Below are positions 1-11,893 of a stretch of DNA of 64,000 nt, one piece after another; position 1 is the first letter of the stretch, and each line of letters begins with the position of its first letter. The position numbers and the translations under genes are program-made. Source of the DNA: Podarcis cretensis (Eukaryota); NCBI GenBank assembly GCA_951804945.1, contig OX638153.1, positions 76,570,001 to 76,634,000 on the forward strand, read 5' to 3'. The notes under the pieces were generated by a model that saw only the letters and a list, made by a program, of their open reading frames with translations, searched no databases and was not told the origin of the DNA.

Positions 1-689
1 CCTCCTGCCACTAACCCCTCCACCTCTGTCCCTTGGCCTGCCCTGCAGAGCCATCAGTTCAACTGGTGCAAGCTGGGCTGCTCCAGCTCTCCGATATGAC
101 ACAAACGATGGCCAGGCAAGAAATGATATTCGGCTCTTCCCACCCCCACCCCGTCTCTTTTTCTCCCTCCCTCCCTTCCCCCCGCCCTTTCCATACCTTG
201 AACTGGAATTAATAATTCAATGAGAAGAAGACAAAGAGCCTGCATCCACTCAGAGACTCTGCTGTCTCAGGTCACCTCGTTTTCCAAAGCCAAAAAATGC
301 AATATATAGATATATTAAAAAATCGGCACGGATCTCCATAGTGTGCCCCAGAGCGCAAGGGATTGTGGGTGCCCTAGCTCGGCAGGGTTCCCGTGTCCCA
401 GACCTCGCTTATGAAATTTACCAACAATTCAATTACTAAATTAACAAAACTCGATTACGCCACTGGGAGGAGGAAATATCCGACACCCCCAGAGTAGAGG
501 ACGGGCAGCCGAAGAATCTGCCTTGCCTACTGCTGTTTATCTGAGCACCGTACAATATGTGGCTGCATCTCAAAATCGCTGCATTCAGCGCTCTTGACAT
601 GGGCTGCAACGAGCTGGGGCAGTCAAACGTCCTGAATTGAGGCCTGCGGTACCCTCTCCTAGTATCTGTTCATATCTCAACATGAAAGG

Positions 690-860
690 GCCCTGGTTCA
701 GTGGTTTTAGAATCTGATTTGCATGCAGAAGGTACCAGGTTCAATATCCCGCATCTGCAGATAGGGCTTGGGGGAAAACACAATCAGTGTATTGACTGGG
801 TTAGATAGAATAGATGAGTCAATGGTCAGACTCAGTAGAAGTCAACGTCATGTGTTCCTA
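690..860 (+). mobile_element. Degenerate Squam3-like tRNA-derived SINE
   Basis: tRNA-like head (ttcagtgg...ttgcatgcagaaggtaccaggttcaat) and CR1-derived tail (caatggtcagactcagtagaag...tgttccta). Confidence 0.65.
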
Positions 861-1499
861 CAGAAAGTGAGAGAGAAGCTGCAGGTCAGAGACTACGCTA
901 ATATTGGGACCAACGATCTGATTCATTTCAACCTCCTTCCTTGGAGGCTTCTAAGCAGAGGTTGAATGACCATCTGTCATGGAATGGATGCTTCAGCTGA
1001 GTGTGGGATGTATTATTTATTATTAGAGCAGTCAAGTACAACATTTTCCTGTTGCCTAGAATGGACACACAGGGGAATGTGGGTCCAGACAGGGAGGACT
1101 TCCTGTCATACCTGCTCTGGAGCTTCCTCACCCTGTGTGTGACCAGGTAGATGGGCATGACTCTAGCTGACCAGATGAAATGGTTGGCTACACAACCATC
1201 TCTCTCTTGAACTCTTACTCTTGGACTCTCGGTCTCCTGACTCTTAACCAGCTCATGGCTTAACCTTCACAAGCAAAAAGTCTGAAACGTAGCTCAGACT
1301 TCTTTTCACTGTAACCACAAGATAAAGCCTTTAGTGCTGTGAACTAAATGTGAGCAAAACTTTATAATTACTTTTAAAGAAGACTGTGTTGTTGTGTTGA
1401 TATTAGTAAGAGGGAAATAAAGGGGAAACTTACCAGGAACGATCCAGACTGGACAATCCAGACTGGATTAATTAATTAAAGGATTCTAAGGAACCATCA

Positions 1500-1753
1500 G
1501 CCTGCCAACCTAGCAGTTCGAAAGCACCTCCGGGTGCAAGTAGATAAATAGGGACCGCTTACCAGCGGGAAGGTAAACGGCGTTTCCGTGTGCGGCTCTG
1601 GCTCGCCAGATGCAGCTTTGTCACGCTGGCCACGTGACCCGGAAGTGTCTCCGGACAGCGCTGGCCCCTGGCCTCTTAAGTGAGATGGGCGCACAACCCC
1701 AGAGTCTGTCAAGACTGGCCCGTATGGGCAGGGGTACCTTTACCTTTACCTTT
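1500..1753 (+). mobile_element. Sauria SINE (Squam1-type), 5'-truncated, with 13-bp target-site duplication
   Basis: Body motifs cctagcagttcgaaagcac...gtgcaagtagataaataggg...gggaaggtaaacggcgtttccg...ctggccacgtgacccggaag and an (ACCTTT)n tail. TSD TAAGGAACCATCA at 1487-1499 and 1754-1766. Confidence 0.9.
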
Positions 1754-1885
1754 TAAGGAACCATCAACTTGCCTCCAATAAGCTGCAGTGGGAATCTGCT
1801 CTGCTGTTTACTCACTAGCGTGAGTGAGGAGGGATAATATCAAAACAATATATCCTCTCCTGACTTCCTTAACATTCGCACACTA

Positions 1886-1950
1886 AGAATCCTGCATTTC
1901 AGGAGTTTGGACTTGATGACCCTTGGGTCGCTTCCAACTCTATGGTTCCT
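1886..1950 (+). mobile_element. CR1 LINE 3'-end fragment
   Basis: cctgcatttcaggagtttggacttgatgacccttgggtcgcttccaactctatggttc matches the typical CR1 3' terminal motif. Confidence 0.6.
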
Positions 1951-2250
1951 CCCAAGTCATCTTCCTATGTTTCCGCAGAACAGTTGCAGTAATGCCAAAG
2001 CCGTCTTGAGAACCTGCTGGTGAGCTACAACGGTGCACACAGCTAGGTTGCCTGGACCCCACAGAACTTCTTAGAATGTAAGCTCCTAGGAGCAGGTTTA
2101 CAACCTATGCCTTTGAAGCGTGGTTGGCTAAGGGCTTGGCCCGAAATCCTTCCTATCCTAGACGTTCAAGTGTACATGTTATGTGTTAATGAAGGTCCAA
2201 CTCACAAGGGCGGAAGGGCCATTCCACCACTTTGGCTAAGCCGGATCATT

Positions 2251-2407
2251 AACATAAGGACAAGAGCTTGCTGGATCAGGCCAGTGGCCCATCTAGTCCA
2301 ACATCCTTTGCTCACAGCGGCCAACCAGATGCCCATAGGAAACCCGCAAGCAGGATTCGACCACAAGTGTATTGTCTCCTCCTGCGGTTACCGGCTACTG
2401 ATACTCA
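2251..2407 (-). mobile_element. CR1-type LINE 3' fragment (reverse orientation)
   Basis: aacataag...gctggatcaggccagtggcccatctagtccaacatcc...ctcacagcggccaaccagatgcc is the reverse complement of a common squamate CR1 3' end. Confidence 0.65.
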
Positions 2408-5400
2408 CTAGATTCATTGTCTTGGTGACTTTTGGGTAATGTTGGGCATGCAGGAGGGCGGAGGCTAATAGTAGACAAGCTCATTGGTCAAGGCCCGGGT
2501 GAATCAGAAACTTGGGTCCATGATAACAGGGCTGCAGTGGTGAGGGTAATTTTAGACACTGGGTTTAGCTGTTTTACGGGCGCCCCCACTTTAGGTGACA
2601 AAGTGCATGACTTCACTTACTTCAAATATGCTATGTTTCTAAGCACCCACATCAGGAGGAGATTCAGTCAGACCAGGCGCCGTGCGGGTAAAATGGGCGT
2701 CGGCCTCCTATTGGCCCACGTGAAATGAATCAAGAGCTGCCTGCTCCATTTACCTTTACAACAAGGAGGTTCTTGAGATAAAATAAAATATTTCGGGTTA
2801 TTGCTCCCCCCCCAAAAAATAAGGTTTCACTTTCCCCCCACCTCAGAATTTTATTTTATTTTTAAAAGAAAGCAGTAAAAAGAGTGCATTTGTTCTTGTA
2901 CCTGAAGCAGGTGATGTTTATGTAGAGACATCTGAAATGACAGCAGGAGAGGAGGCCAAATCTAATCAAGCCTAATAAACCGTGCGAGTCGAAATGTCAT
3001 TAAACCTGATCAAGATGAGTCTCCGAATCGCCGAAAAAGGTAAATGCCTTCNNNNNNNNNNNNNNNNNNNNNNNNNNNNNNNNNNNNNNNNNNNNNNNNN
3101 NNNNNNNNNNNNNNNNNNNNNNNNNNNNNNNNNNNNNNNNNNNNNNNNNNNNNNNNNNNNNNNNNNNNNNNNNNNNNNNNNNNNNNNNNNNGTCTGCAAG
3201 ATTACACACGAGGTCCCATCTATCTGCTCTCAAACTGTGCCTTCGCCTTTCCCCGCGACATATTGTGCGACTGACAAGTGAAATAGTGCAGATAAACCAA
3301 TGGTTTAAAACGTAATAAAGACAACAGCTATTTGCATTTTTTACATTTTATTACAAAGGTAATTTACTATGACACATTTTCGGGATGTCATCTCTAGAAA
3401 ACATTGCCAAGCAATTAGAGAAATGTATACAACACGGAGGAGCCCGGGGTGGGGGGGGGGAGAAGTCAGATAAAGGAGAATATTATGGATCATCAGAGGT
3501 TTTCTTTTCGTATCGTAACACTTGGATTGGGGGCGGGGGTTCGAGGAAGGGGACCAGTTCAGCGAGAACAGAGGCAAGACCTTAACACAGAGAGGGCATA
3601 ATAAAGCAACTTGATTCCATGCGGAAGGAAGGTGGAATAACTTTCTGGGTGGTTTAAGAAGCCTGTCTAGATGTCTCCAGGGAACTCTGGTCAGAGGTGA
3701 TGGCCAGGTCTATGGGTCGGGGTGAGCAACCTCCCGCCCAAGGACTCGCTCTGGCGCTGAGCCTATTCTCATGCAGGTGGCAAGGAAGAGAGTGGGGAGG
3801 GGAGAGAGAAAGGGGTGACAGAATGAGAGAGGGGAAAGAGGGCGCCTTGTCCACTCCTGGCTTTGGCCCTGCCCACTGCCCACTGCCCACTGCCCTGAAG
3901 AGACAGAAAAGGGTCGTGGGCCGGCTGGCAGTATGACTCAGGGACTCCATCACACGAGGAGAGGACCACGAGAGGGTGAGAGCGCAGCTGGAGTAAAAAT
4001 TTAGAAAGCAGCCGATCTCAACAGCAACTTTTCTGCAAATGGGGCTGCGTCTTCGCAGCTCCAAGCTCTTCGAGTGTATCTGTGGCGTTGGCTTCTGGAA
4101 TTGCTGTTTGTTTTACAGGAACGGTTGCTACCCCCAGGATATGGTGTCTTTACTTCTGTGAAGCCCGAGACTGCGAATGATTACTCGGAAACAAATCCCA
4201 TTGTATCCAATGAAGCTTCCTCCCAAGGAAGGGTCTATAGGATTACCCTGGAGTTGCTAGCATGTGCCACTCCAATAAGTGTCAAAGGATGAAGTCTAGG
4301 GGTTCAGTTAAAGCGACCAGCGTTCAGCAACTAAATCTTAATATCCTTCATTTCTACCTCCGCCCACTTCGCATTTCCATTCTTTGCTTAGAATATATAG
4401 TAAAATCTCAGCCAGCCTATAAAAAGAGGTTTTATTACAGAATCTGTCCAGGTCTTTTAATCGTGCATGATTTAGACAGGGGGGAAATCTTGGAGGCCGC
4501 CAGCAGATCTTGTTCCCTACTGAGAGATAGAGTGTCAGAACCCCCTTTCTCCACATCTATTAAATCCCTCTCTCCCACTCTCCCTCTCCAAAATTTGTCA
4601 CAAGTGGAATCCGATTTATTGGGGAGAGGGTGCGGTGTGGGCTGCCTTGAACCTCAAATCTGGTCTCAAGAGTTTAAAGTATCAACTACCCTTTCCACCG
4701 AGGCTAAAGGAACTCCTTTGACATGCCTCCAAGTTTATAAGGGCTTACTTCCAGGGAGGCGTGTGCTCATGTTAACACAACTGACGCCGTCTAAATTTAA
4801 GCTTTCGGAGAAAGATTACGGAAAATCCCGAGGAAATTGATATTTCAAATATTTTGTTCAGCAAGAGTTTGGTTTCCTTGCGGCGAATTCAGAAGGAGTT
4901 GACCCCTCCGTGCTCCCTCGTTCTAAGGTTTTGTGGCTTTCAGCTAACACGCGAATCCAAACTATATATCCGGAGTAAAATCCCACTGATTTCAGCGGGT
5001 CCTGCTTCCCAGTGGAACCTGCTTAGGGTGGCAGGCCTCAGGCTGACCTTAACCCAGTGCCTTCGCCGCTTTCGGCTGCTACGTGTTTAGATACCTGAGA
5101 TGTTAAAACACATAACGTATGGAAAGGACATGCATGGGTTTACAAGCAGCTGTGTCACACAGGTACGCACTACAGGGAGAAATGTTTGACTGAAGCTCTT
5201 TTTTTAAAAAAAAAAAAAGTCTATTTGTCGACAAACTCGGGTATCCTTTTGCGTAACGTGTGAAGCGGCTCTTAGGATGGAGATTGATTTTTCTCTCCGG
5301 TCTGGTCCTCAGGGAAGATTGCCTTATACATCTTATGTGCAGAGGTCAAGACCCAAGAGCTTTTGACCAGCAAGGAATAAAGGGCATCTTGGGAAATGTG

Positions 5401-5799
5401 TCTCTCCTTGAAATATCCCTATTCCGCACCACCGCTCCAATTGTTAGTTTGCACTTATGGATGAGATTAGGGAGGCTGTGAGGTCCTTACTCCTCTTTCT
5501 GCAGCATCTCCTCAGCGAGTCTCCCTTTCCCCGCCTCGGTCCGCTTGCAGCGCGGGTCCACCACGTGCCGCCTAAGGTCAAGGGAAGGGCGTTTCCTGGC
5601 TGGTCGAGTCTGATGCACCGGCTGCAGGACTTGGAGACTGGACAACTGGGCGGTAATAAAGAAGAAACACTGTGACTCTGGGAGGGGGGAATCTGGACTG
5701 TGAACTGGCCAAAGAACTTGGGTAAATCCCAGAAAGAAATCCCCCACTCCTCTTGAACACCGCCCATCCATCCATCCATTTATTCACTCACTCACTCAC

Positions 5800-6680
5800 T
5801 CATTCATTCCTGGCCACCGAGCTTGCGCAAGAGAATTTCCCACTGGGCGGCCGGTACCTTCCTCGGCCAGCAGAGTCCAAGTTCGCCCCTTCGAAGTGGC
5901 CGGCGCCTTTGGAGGTTTACCGGACGTGTCAGCCCCGCCGGGCCGGCCAATCGCTGGGTAACAAATGGCCACGGTGAAAAGACCACATTGTCCTCTGGGC
6001 GCAGCAATCCATAAGTGGCCCCGCTTCTGGCTGAATGGCCGGTGTTTTGATGACTTATAGTATATGCAAAAACAAACTTTCCCGCGGTGGCCTTTTTAAA
6101 AGGGGGTGGGGAGAATCCGTCATGCTTTCCTTTCCCAAACAGCCCCGATTATTTTAAAAAGAAAAGGAGGGGGGCGAAAGAACACCCCGAAATGATAAAT
6201 CGCGTGGCAAAGCTAATGGCTGGAGGGCGCGTTTACCAATTCATAATCATTTATTCTTGGTGATGTATGACCCTTACTCTTAAATCTCAAAAGCTTCTAT
6301 TTGAAGGTGTAAATAGCTTTTTTTTTCCCCCTTGCAGTAAACCTTCCTGCATTAGCAGTGANNNNNNNNNNNNNNNNNNNNNNNNNNNNNNNNNNNNNNN
6401 NNNNNNNNNNNNNNNNNNNNNNNNNNNNNNNNNNNNNNNNNNNNNNNNNNNNNNNNNNNNNNNNNNNNNNNNNNNNNNNNNNNNNNNNNNNNNNNNNNNN
6501 NNNNNNNNNGCCGTTATTTTCTCTTAGACCCCCGCGGTTGTTATACATCGAATTAAAAAGTGGTCTTTTAGCATCATTTTTTTTTCTTCCAGTGGCAACT
6601 AAACGCCATTTAATGGGAAAAACAAATGTTGACATGCCTCTTTGAAGGAAGTGTATTTCCTGGCAAGACATCAAAGTGTT
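5800..6680. promoter_or_regulatory. Orphan CpG-rich element, candidate enhancer or conserved non-coding element (interrupted by an N-run)
   Basis: High CpG density, a CCAAT near 5947, clustered TAAT/ACAAT-like motifs, non-repetitive, no credible ORF. Confidence 0.4.
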
Positions 6681-9106
6681 TTAAACTGTATTGGCGGGCG
6701 GGGGCGGGAAGCGGGCTGGGCGAGATCTTAGCTTTCTATTAGTCCAAGCCTACGGTAATGTCAGAAAGAAACCGCTTGGTGTTCCTAGAGGGGAGGGGAG
6801 GGAAGACGAAAGAGAAAGGTGGAGAGAGGGGAAGCTGGCTGGAGGTTTTTGCTGGATCCACGTATACCTGGGGATTTGAGTCATGTTAGGTCACCAACAG
6901 GCAGCGATGGCTGCTAGAATTCTGAAACCGCGAGTGCATGCCCCGAATTAGTGCATAGCAAAGGAAAGTAGTGCATGCAACGCGAGAAAGTTTGCCAATG
7001 CAACTGGCACATGTCAGAAACCGGAAGGAGGGATTCCTGGGATGAGAGGGTCAAGGCCGCCCATTTCATTACCAACAGCATTTTGAATCCCCGTTGATTT
7101 CAATGGTCATGAAATCTGGTGCCGCGGCTCTGGCTCTGTAATCGGTGAGAGCTAGAAGACGCTGAAGCTGAACCGCCAAGACACCTAGAAGAGGACCGCC
7201 GAGACAGGAGGTCTGCAGGAAGGGGAAGGAGAGTTCATGCTAACTCCCAGCAGCTTCTGTTGGATATGTTAAGGATTTGGGCGGAGTGGCTGAGTTTGAA
7301 GACCATTTGTTGCGTTCCGGGAATGATGGTCCAATAATAGCCAAGGTATATAGTCCTCAGTCCACCTGAGATCTATAATACATTTGGGTGAGTGGGAGTT
7401 AACCCTTCTCACTGCCTATGGTACAGAACATACCTCATTCCTGAGCTTTTGCAGGAAAGTCAATTGAAATGACCGACTTAGGCCTGTTCACACGTGCAAA
7501 GTGTGAAGGCATTCATTTTGCTGGGAAATATTTGTCTCACGCGACGACATTTGTATAGTTGAGGTCAGGGAGGCTCCCTCCCAGCCGAACTTCGGGGTGC
7601 CTATTGGAATCTTTAATAAAGAAAATCCAGCAGGCATTTTAATTGAAGTCTGATTTTATAGTTTTAACCGAGTTTTACATTTTCTGAATTGTAATTCATG
7701 CACACTGCTCACAGATGAACGTAGTTAAGCGGTATATAAATCATCTAATGAAACAAAATAAAGAGTCAAAGTGGCAGGACTGATTGCAGCTACGAGTTGA
7801 GCATCTCTACCGGTGAATCACCTGTGTTTGTTGCTGCCTAATGTGCGGGATGGCTCTTACCTGACGGGGGCGGTGTCATCTTGCAACAATCATAACCTGA
7901 GTTTATCTCAGCTGGAATGTCCAAGCCCTCTCATTTGAGAATGAGGACACGGTCGCAAGGAAGGCTCTGCTTCTGGAAGCTTATCCGTAGAGAATGTTGA
8001 GGAGGGGGCTGTAATAAGGACACCATGACTCCCTCTCCCACAGGAAGCTCAACCTCAGAGCACCCTTTTAAGATGGATCACTTAAAAGCGGAGAATGTCC
8101 CGTTTGTCTACCGAGAAATAAGAGAAGCATCTTTATATTAAGATTTTTCGGAATACAGACTTTTTTTGGGGGGGGGGGAAGCAACCAGTCTTCACTCCAA
8201 AAAACACATAATTGTTCCTCAGAGATGTTCAGAGAAAAATGTCCAGAGGTGCTGCTTCTTTTTAGATTCTATACATCCAGCCTGTTGTTGCTGTTATGGG
8301 ATATGCCAACGACCTGTTTTGGCTTAGTCCCATTAACTTCCACCTCAAAGAGCAATCTTACACATGGCTCCTCGAAGGTAAACCCTGCTGTCTTCAATGG
8401 CGTTTACTCACGAGTGAGCGTGCTTAGAATGACAGCCTTAAGCAGGTCTTTTCTTATTCGCCTTTGACTATAGCTAATGTCCTCTCCTGATTTCCCACCC
8501 CACCCGCCTTGTCCCTCTGCTGTTTTATTGTTGGATTACGATTCTATTTGTATGGACAAATTTTAATTGTGCCCCGCTTCGGGAATCGATATGATTGAAA
8601 GGCGAGCTAAAAATAGACCTAAACAAACAAACAAACAAGACAAACATGGCTACGTTAAAGAATCAGAGCAACAGCCACTGCCTTGTTGCTGTCTGCTCAG
8701 ATACCCAAACATAAACAAACAAACCTCGCCACTCCGATAGCGCTCACCCTGTTCAACCTAAGCTTCTGTATGTTTGTTTACTCCTTTCCGCTTGGTTCAA
8801 AGGGACTTACTTCCGGGTTAGTGTCCTTTGGGTTAGAGACTCGGAGTACAGTCCTGTCCATGTTTATTCAGAAGAACTAAGGCGCCTTGAGTTCCATGGG
8901 ATTTGCTTTCACGTAAGTGCGATTAGGATTGCAAACCCAGTGACAAGGGTTGCGCCTGATTTGTGCTTTAAAAACAACAACGAGGTTTCCTGTTACACAG
9001 GATTCTTCAGCTACAGTTGATTGGGTGATTAAAATAAAAAAGCAAATAAAGTAAATAAAATATATTCTCATTGTTGATCCCCCAGTTGCTTTTTAGAAAG
9101 TCAGGC

Positions 9107-9107
<1 letters not shown>

Positions 9108-9164
<57 letters not shown>
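9108..9164. repeat. (CTT)19 microsatellite
   Basis: Perfect CTT run, read directly. Confidence 0.95.
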
Positions 9165-9165
<1 letters not shown>

Positions 9166-11140
9166 TTGCTGTTGTTGTTATTAGTAGTAGTGATAATAGT
9201 AGTAGTAATAATAACAATAGCAGTAGTATTCTTACCCACCCTTCATCATAAGATTCCACCGAGGGTGGCAGCAGTGTAAAAGCCCACTATTGCTTGTGGC
9301 TGTGTATTCTGCGTATGTGTGCATGTGTGTACATGTACGCCTACATACACACCATATGTATACCCATTCCTCTGAGTCCTCGCCCGTCTCTAAGCAGTTG
9401 ACTTTAATGCTCCGGGTTTTCTTCCTCCTGAAAAATGTGCGGGTCTTTTATTGTTTCTGTAGAACTATAGAAAAGGAACTGAGAGGAAATCCCCCCTCTC
9501 CTCAAAAACAAAACAAAACACTAAACAAAAACTCAACTTGACCAAGGGGAAATAGCTGGGGATTATTTGCTTGGGACTTCCAAACAGCCGGTGGAGGTGA
9601 ATGACCTCCCATCACAACGTAACATATTTGCGTTTACTTTTTGTTTTTTGGTTTTTTCCCGCGGGCAGGGCAATGTATTCCCCCTTGAAGGAAAATGTGG
9701 TTTGGACACTTTTTCTTCTTTTATTTAAGAAGAGAGAGAGAGAGAGAGAGAATGAGACCTCAAAACGATGTTACAATGAAGAAGAAGAAAAAAAAACCGG
9801 ACAAATTAGGAGCCATTTTCCCTGATCAAAGGCAAGCAAGCGAAAACGAGTCTGGGCATTCAGCGAGCTTGACTTATTCAGACAACTTCTTTGGAGAGCA
9901 GGGCCAACAAGCGTGTCTTCCATTGAAAAGGAGCCTCTATTCAGGATGCAGGTGCGAAGTGGTGCGGCGCATCGGGCACATTATGCGGAGGTTGTTGGAG
10001 ATTAGTGCACAGCCTTAATAACTAAAGCGCTTGATTTACATTGGGAGGCGGGGGGGGGAGGAGAGAGAGAGAACTAAGACTCCTCATCCGTGAAAGCAAA
10101 ATCATTGAACTCCGGATCATTTCGAGTGCTCCTGATATCCTAATNNNNNNNNNNNNNNNNNNNNNNNNNNNNNNNNNNNNNNNNNNNNNNNNNNNNNNNN
10201 NNNNNNNNNNNNNNNNNNNNNNNNNNNNNNNNNNNNNNNNNNNNNNNNNNNNNNNNNNNNNNNNNNNNNNNNNATTGATTCATTTACAGCCAATGAACTC
10301 TGCTCCGAACTGGGGCGGGAGGTGATGCGGGAGGTGGTTCTGGGACAGGAAATGAAAGGGAGAGAGAGGGAGGTTTTCCATTTGAATAAAGAAAGCCAAC
10401 TCCAAAAGATCCCTTCCCTAAAAAAAAAAAAAGGACTCTCCCCGCCCCCCCACTATATTTGCATACAGTGCACCAAAGTCCAGTCGGTCTCTCCCCCACC
10501 CAGCCCCTGCCCCGCCTCTTTCTCCTCCTATTAATATTCCTTCCAAGAACCAAAGAACAAACTTTGCCTTTCTTCTTGCAAATACAATTAGTTGCAAAGA
10601 CAAACTAGGGGGAGGAGGAAAAGAGAAATTGACCTCTGCCTACGCTAGATCGAGAAGCACGTGGGCTCGATTCAGTCACTCGCTCACGCGCACACACATT
10701 ATGGAGTGAATCTGGATCTGACCGAGGGAATTCCAAAATCCTTCGTGGAGCGATCCAACTGTCACCGATGAAGTCAGCGTCAAGAGCCCCGCTGCCCTAG
10801 GCAGAGGGAGACACAAATCAGTTTGGGATGTGGGGCTTGCACCTTTTAGGTGGTGGGAGAGCAAATGAAATGGAACGACCCAAATCCTCTTGTTGGCAGC
10901 CCAAGTCTCGAATTGAAGGGCTTGGGATTTCAGCCTTTGACAGTTCATTTCTATAGCGGTCCCACCGATTTCAGCGGAATTTCTTACCTGCGAGGAACGA
11001 GTCCTAAGAATACCTACACATACTGGGTAGGTTTAGGTGAATTACTTCCAAATAAACATGTTAAGAATCGGGTTTAAGTTAAGCTGCACTTGGGTTTCTC
11101 CCACACTGAACTAAAAAGGGTTGACACCCACCTTGCACTA

Positions 11141-11287
11141 ACATCCCACCTTTCTTCCAAGGAGCACGCGGTGGCGTAGATAGTTCTCCCTGCCCTCATT
11201 TGATCCTCGCAACAACCCTGTGAGGTAGGCTAGGCTGAGGGACAACGACTGGCCAGGGTCACCTAGGGAACTTCATGGCATGTGAGT
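11141..11287 (-). mobile_element. MIR-like/CORE SINE (Squam2-like) fragment
   Basis: atcctcgcaacaaccctgtgaggtaggctaggctgag...actggccagggtcacc...acttcatggc core motif. Confidence 0.65.
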
Positions 11288-11669
11288 GCCTTCCTCCTCT
11301 CCTCCAGACTCTTCGTAACCAGACTCGTCAGGAGTTAGAGGGCGGGGCTTCGGGTCAGGGGGCGTGACCAGGTGCGACACGTGATGCAGCTCCTTTGATG
11401 AAGAGATATAGCAGTGCCTAGAATGGAGACGCCCTGGGAATGCTCTTTAGTCCGCCTTCAACCCAGGCGAGGTAATGCCAGTCGAGTATCTGAAAGCCTT
11501 ACAGTGCTTTCCAGCATATACCACCAGAACAACCCTCAGTTTCTTGCATTGGAGAAATAATGACCACTGCTTGAGGTCAGATTTGTTGATATTTTGGTGC
11601 GGCCCAAGCCTGCGCACGTCTATTTAAGAGCAAGTAGAGATGGGTTGAATTGGCTTCATTTCATTCCAT

Positions 11670-11893
11670 GTTTATGCCACCCTTCCTTCAAGGATCTAGA
11701 GGAGAGAGGGGCGCACATATTTCTCCACTTGCCTCTTACTGTTTAACAACAACCCTGTGAGTTAGGCTAAGCAGAGAGGAGGTAACCAGTCCAAGATGGT
11801 GCAGGGAGCTTCACAACTGGGTATGGGTGGAGAATCTGAACCTGGGTTTTCTTGAGTTGTAGTCCAACAAGCAAACAAACTACACTATACTGA
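11670..11893 (-). mobile_element. MIR-like/CORE SINE (Squam2-like) copy
   Basis: acaacaaccctgtgagttaggctaagcagagag...ccagtccaag...gagcttcac...gaatctgaacctggg...tagtccaac...ctacactatactg, which includes the reversed tRNA B and A boxes. Confidence 0.65.

Noticed and set aside
4262-4840. Long intergenic ORFs (for example 4262-4840, 15218-15787, 20924-21442, 43941-44447, 48444-49049)
   Set aside because: No recognisable protein motifs, several are built from microsatellites, and lengths like these are expected by chance.
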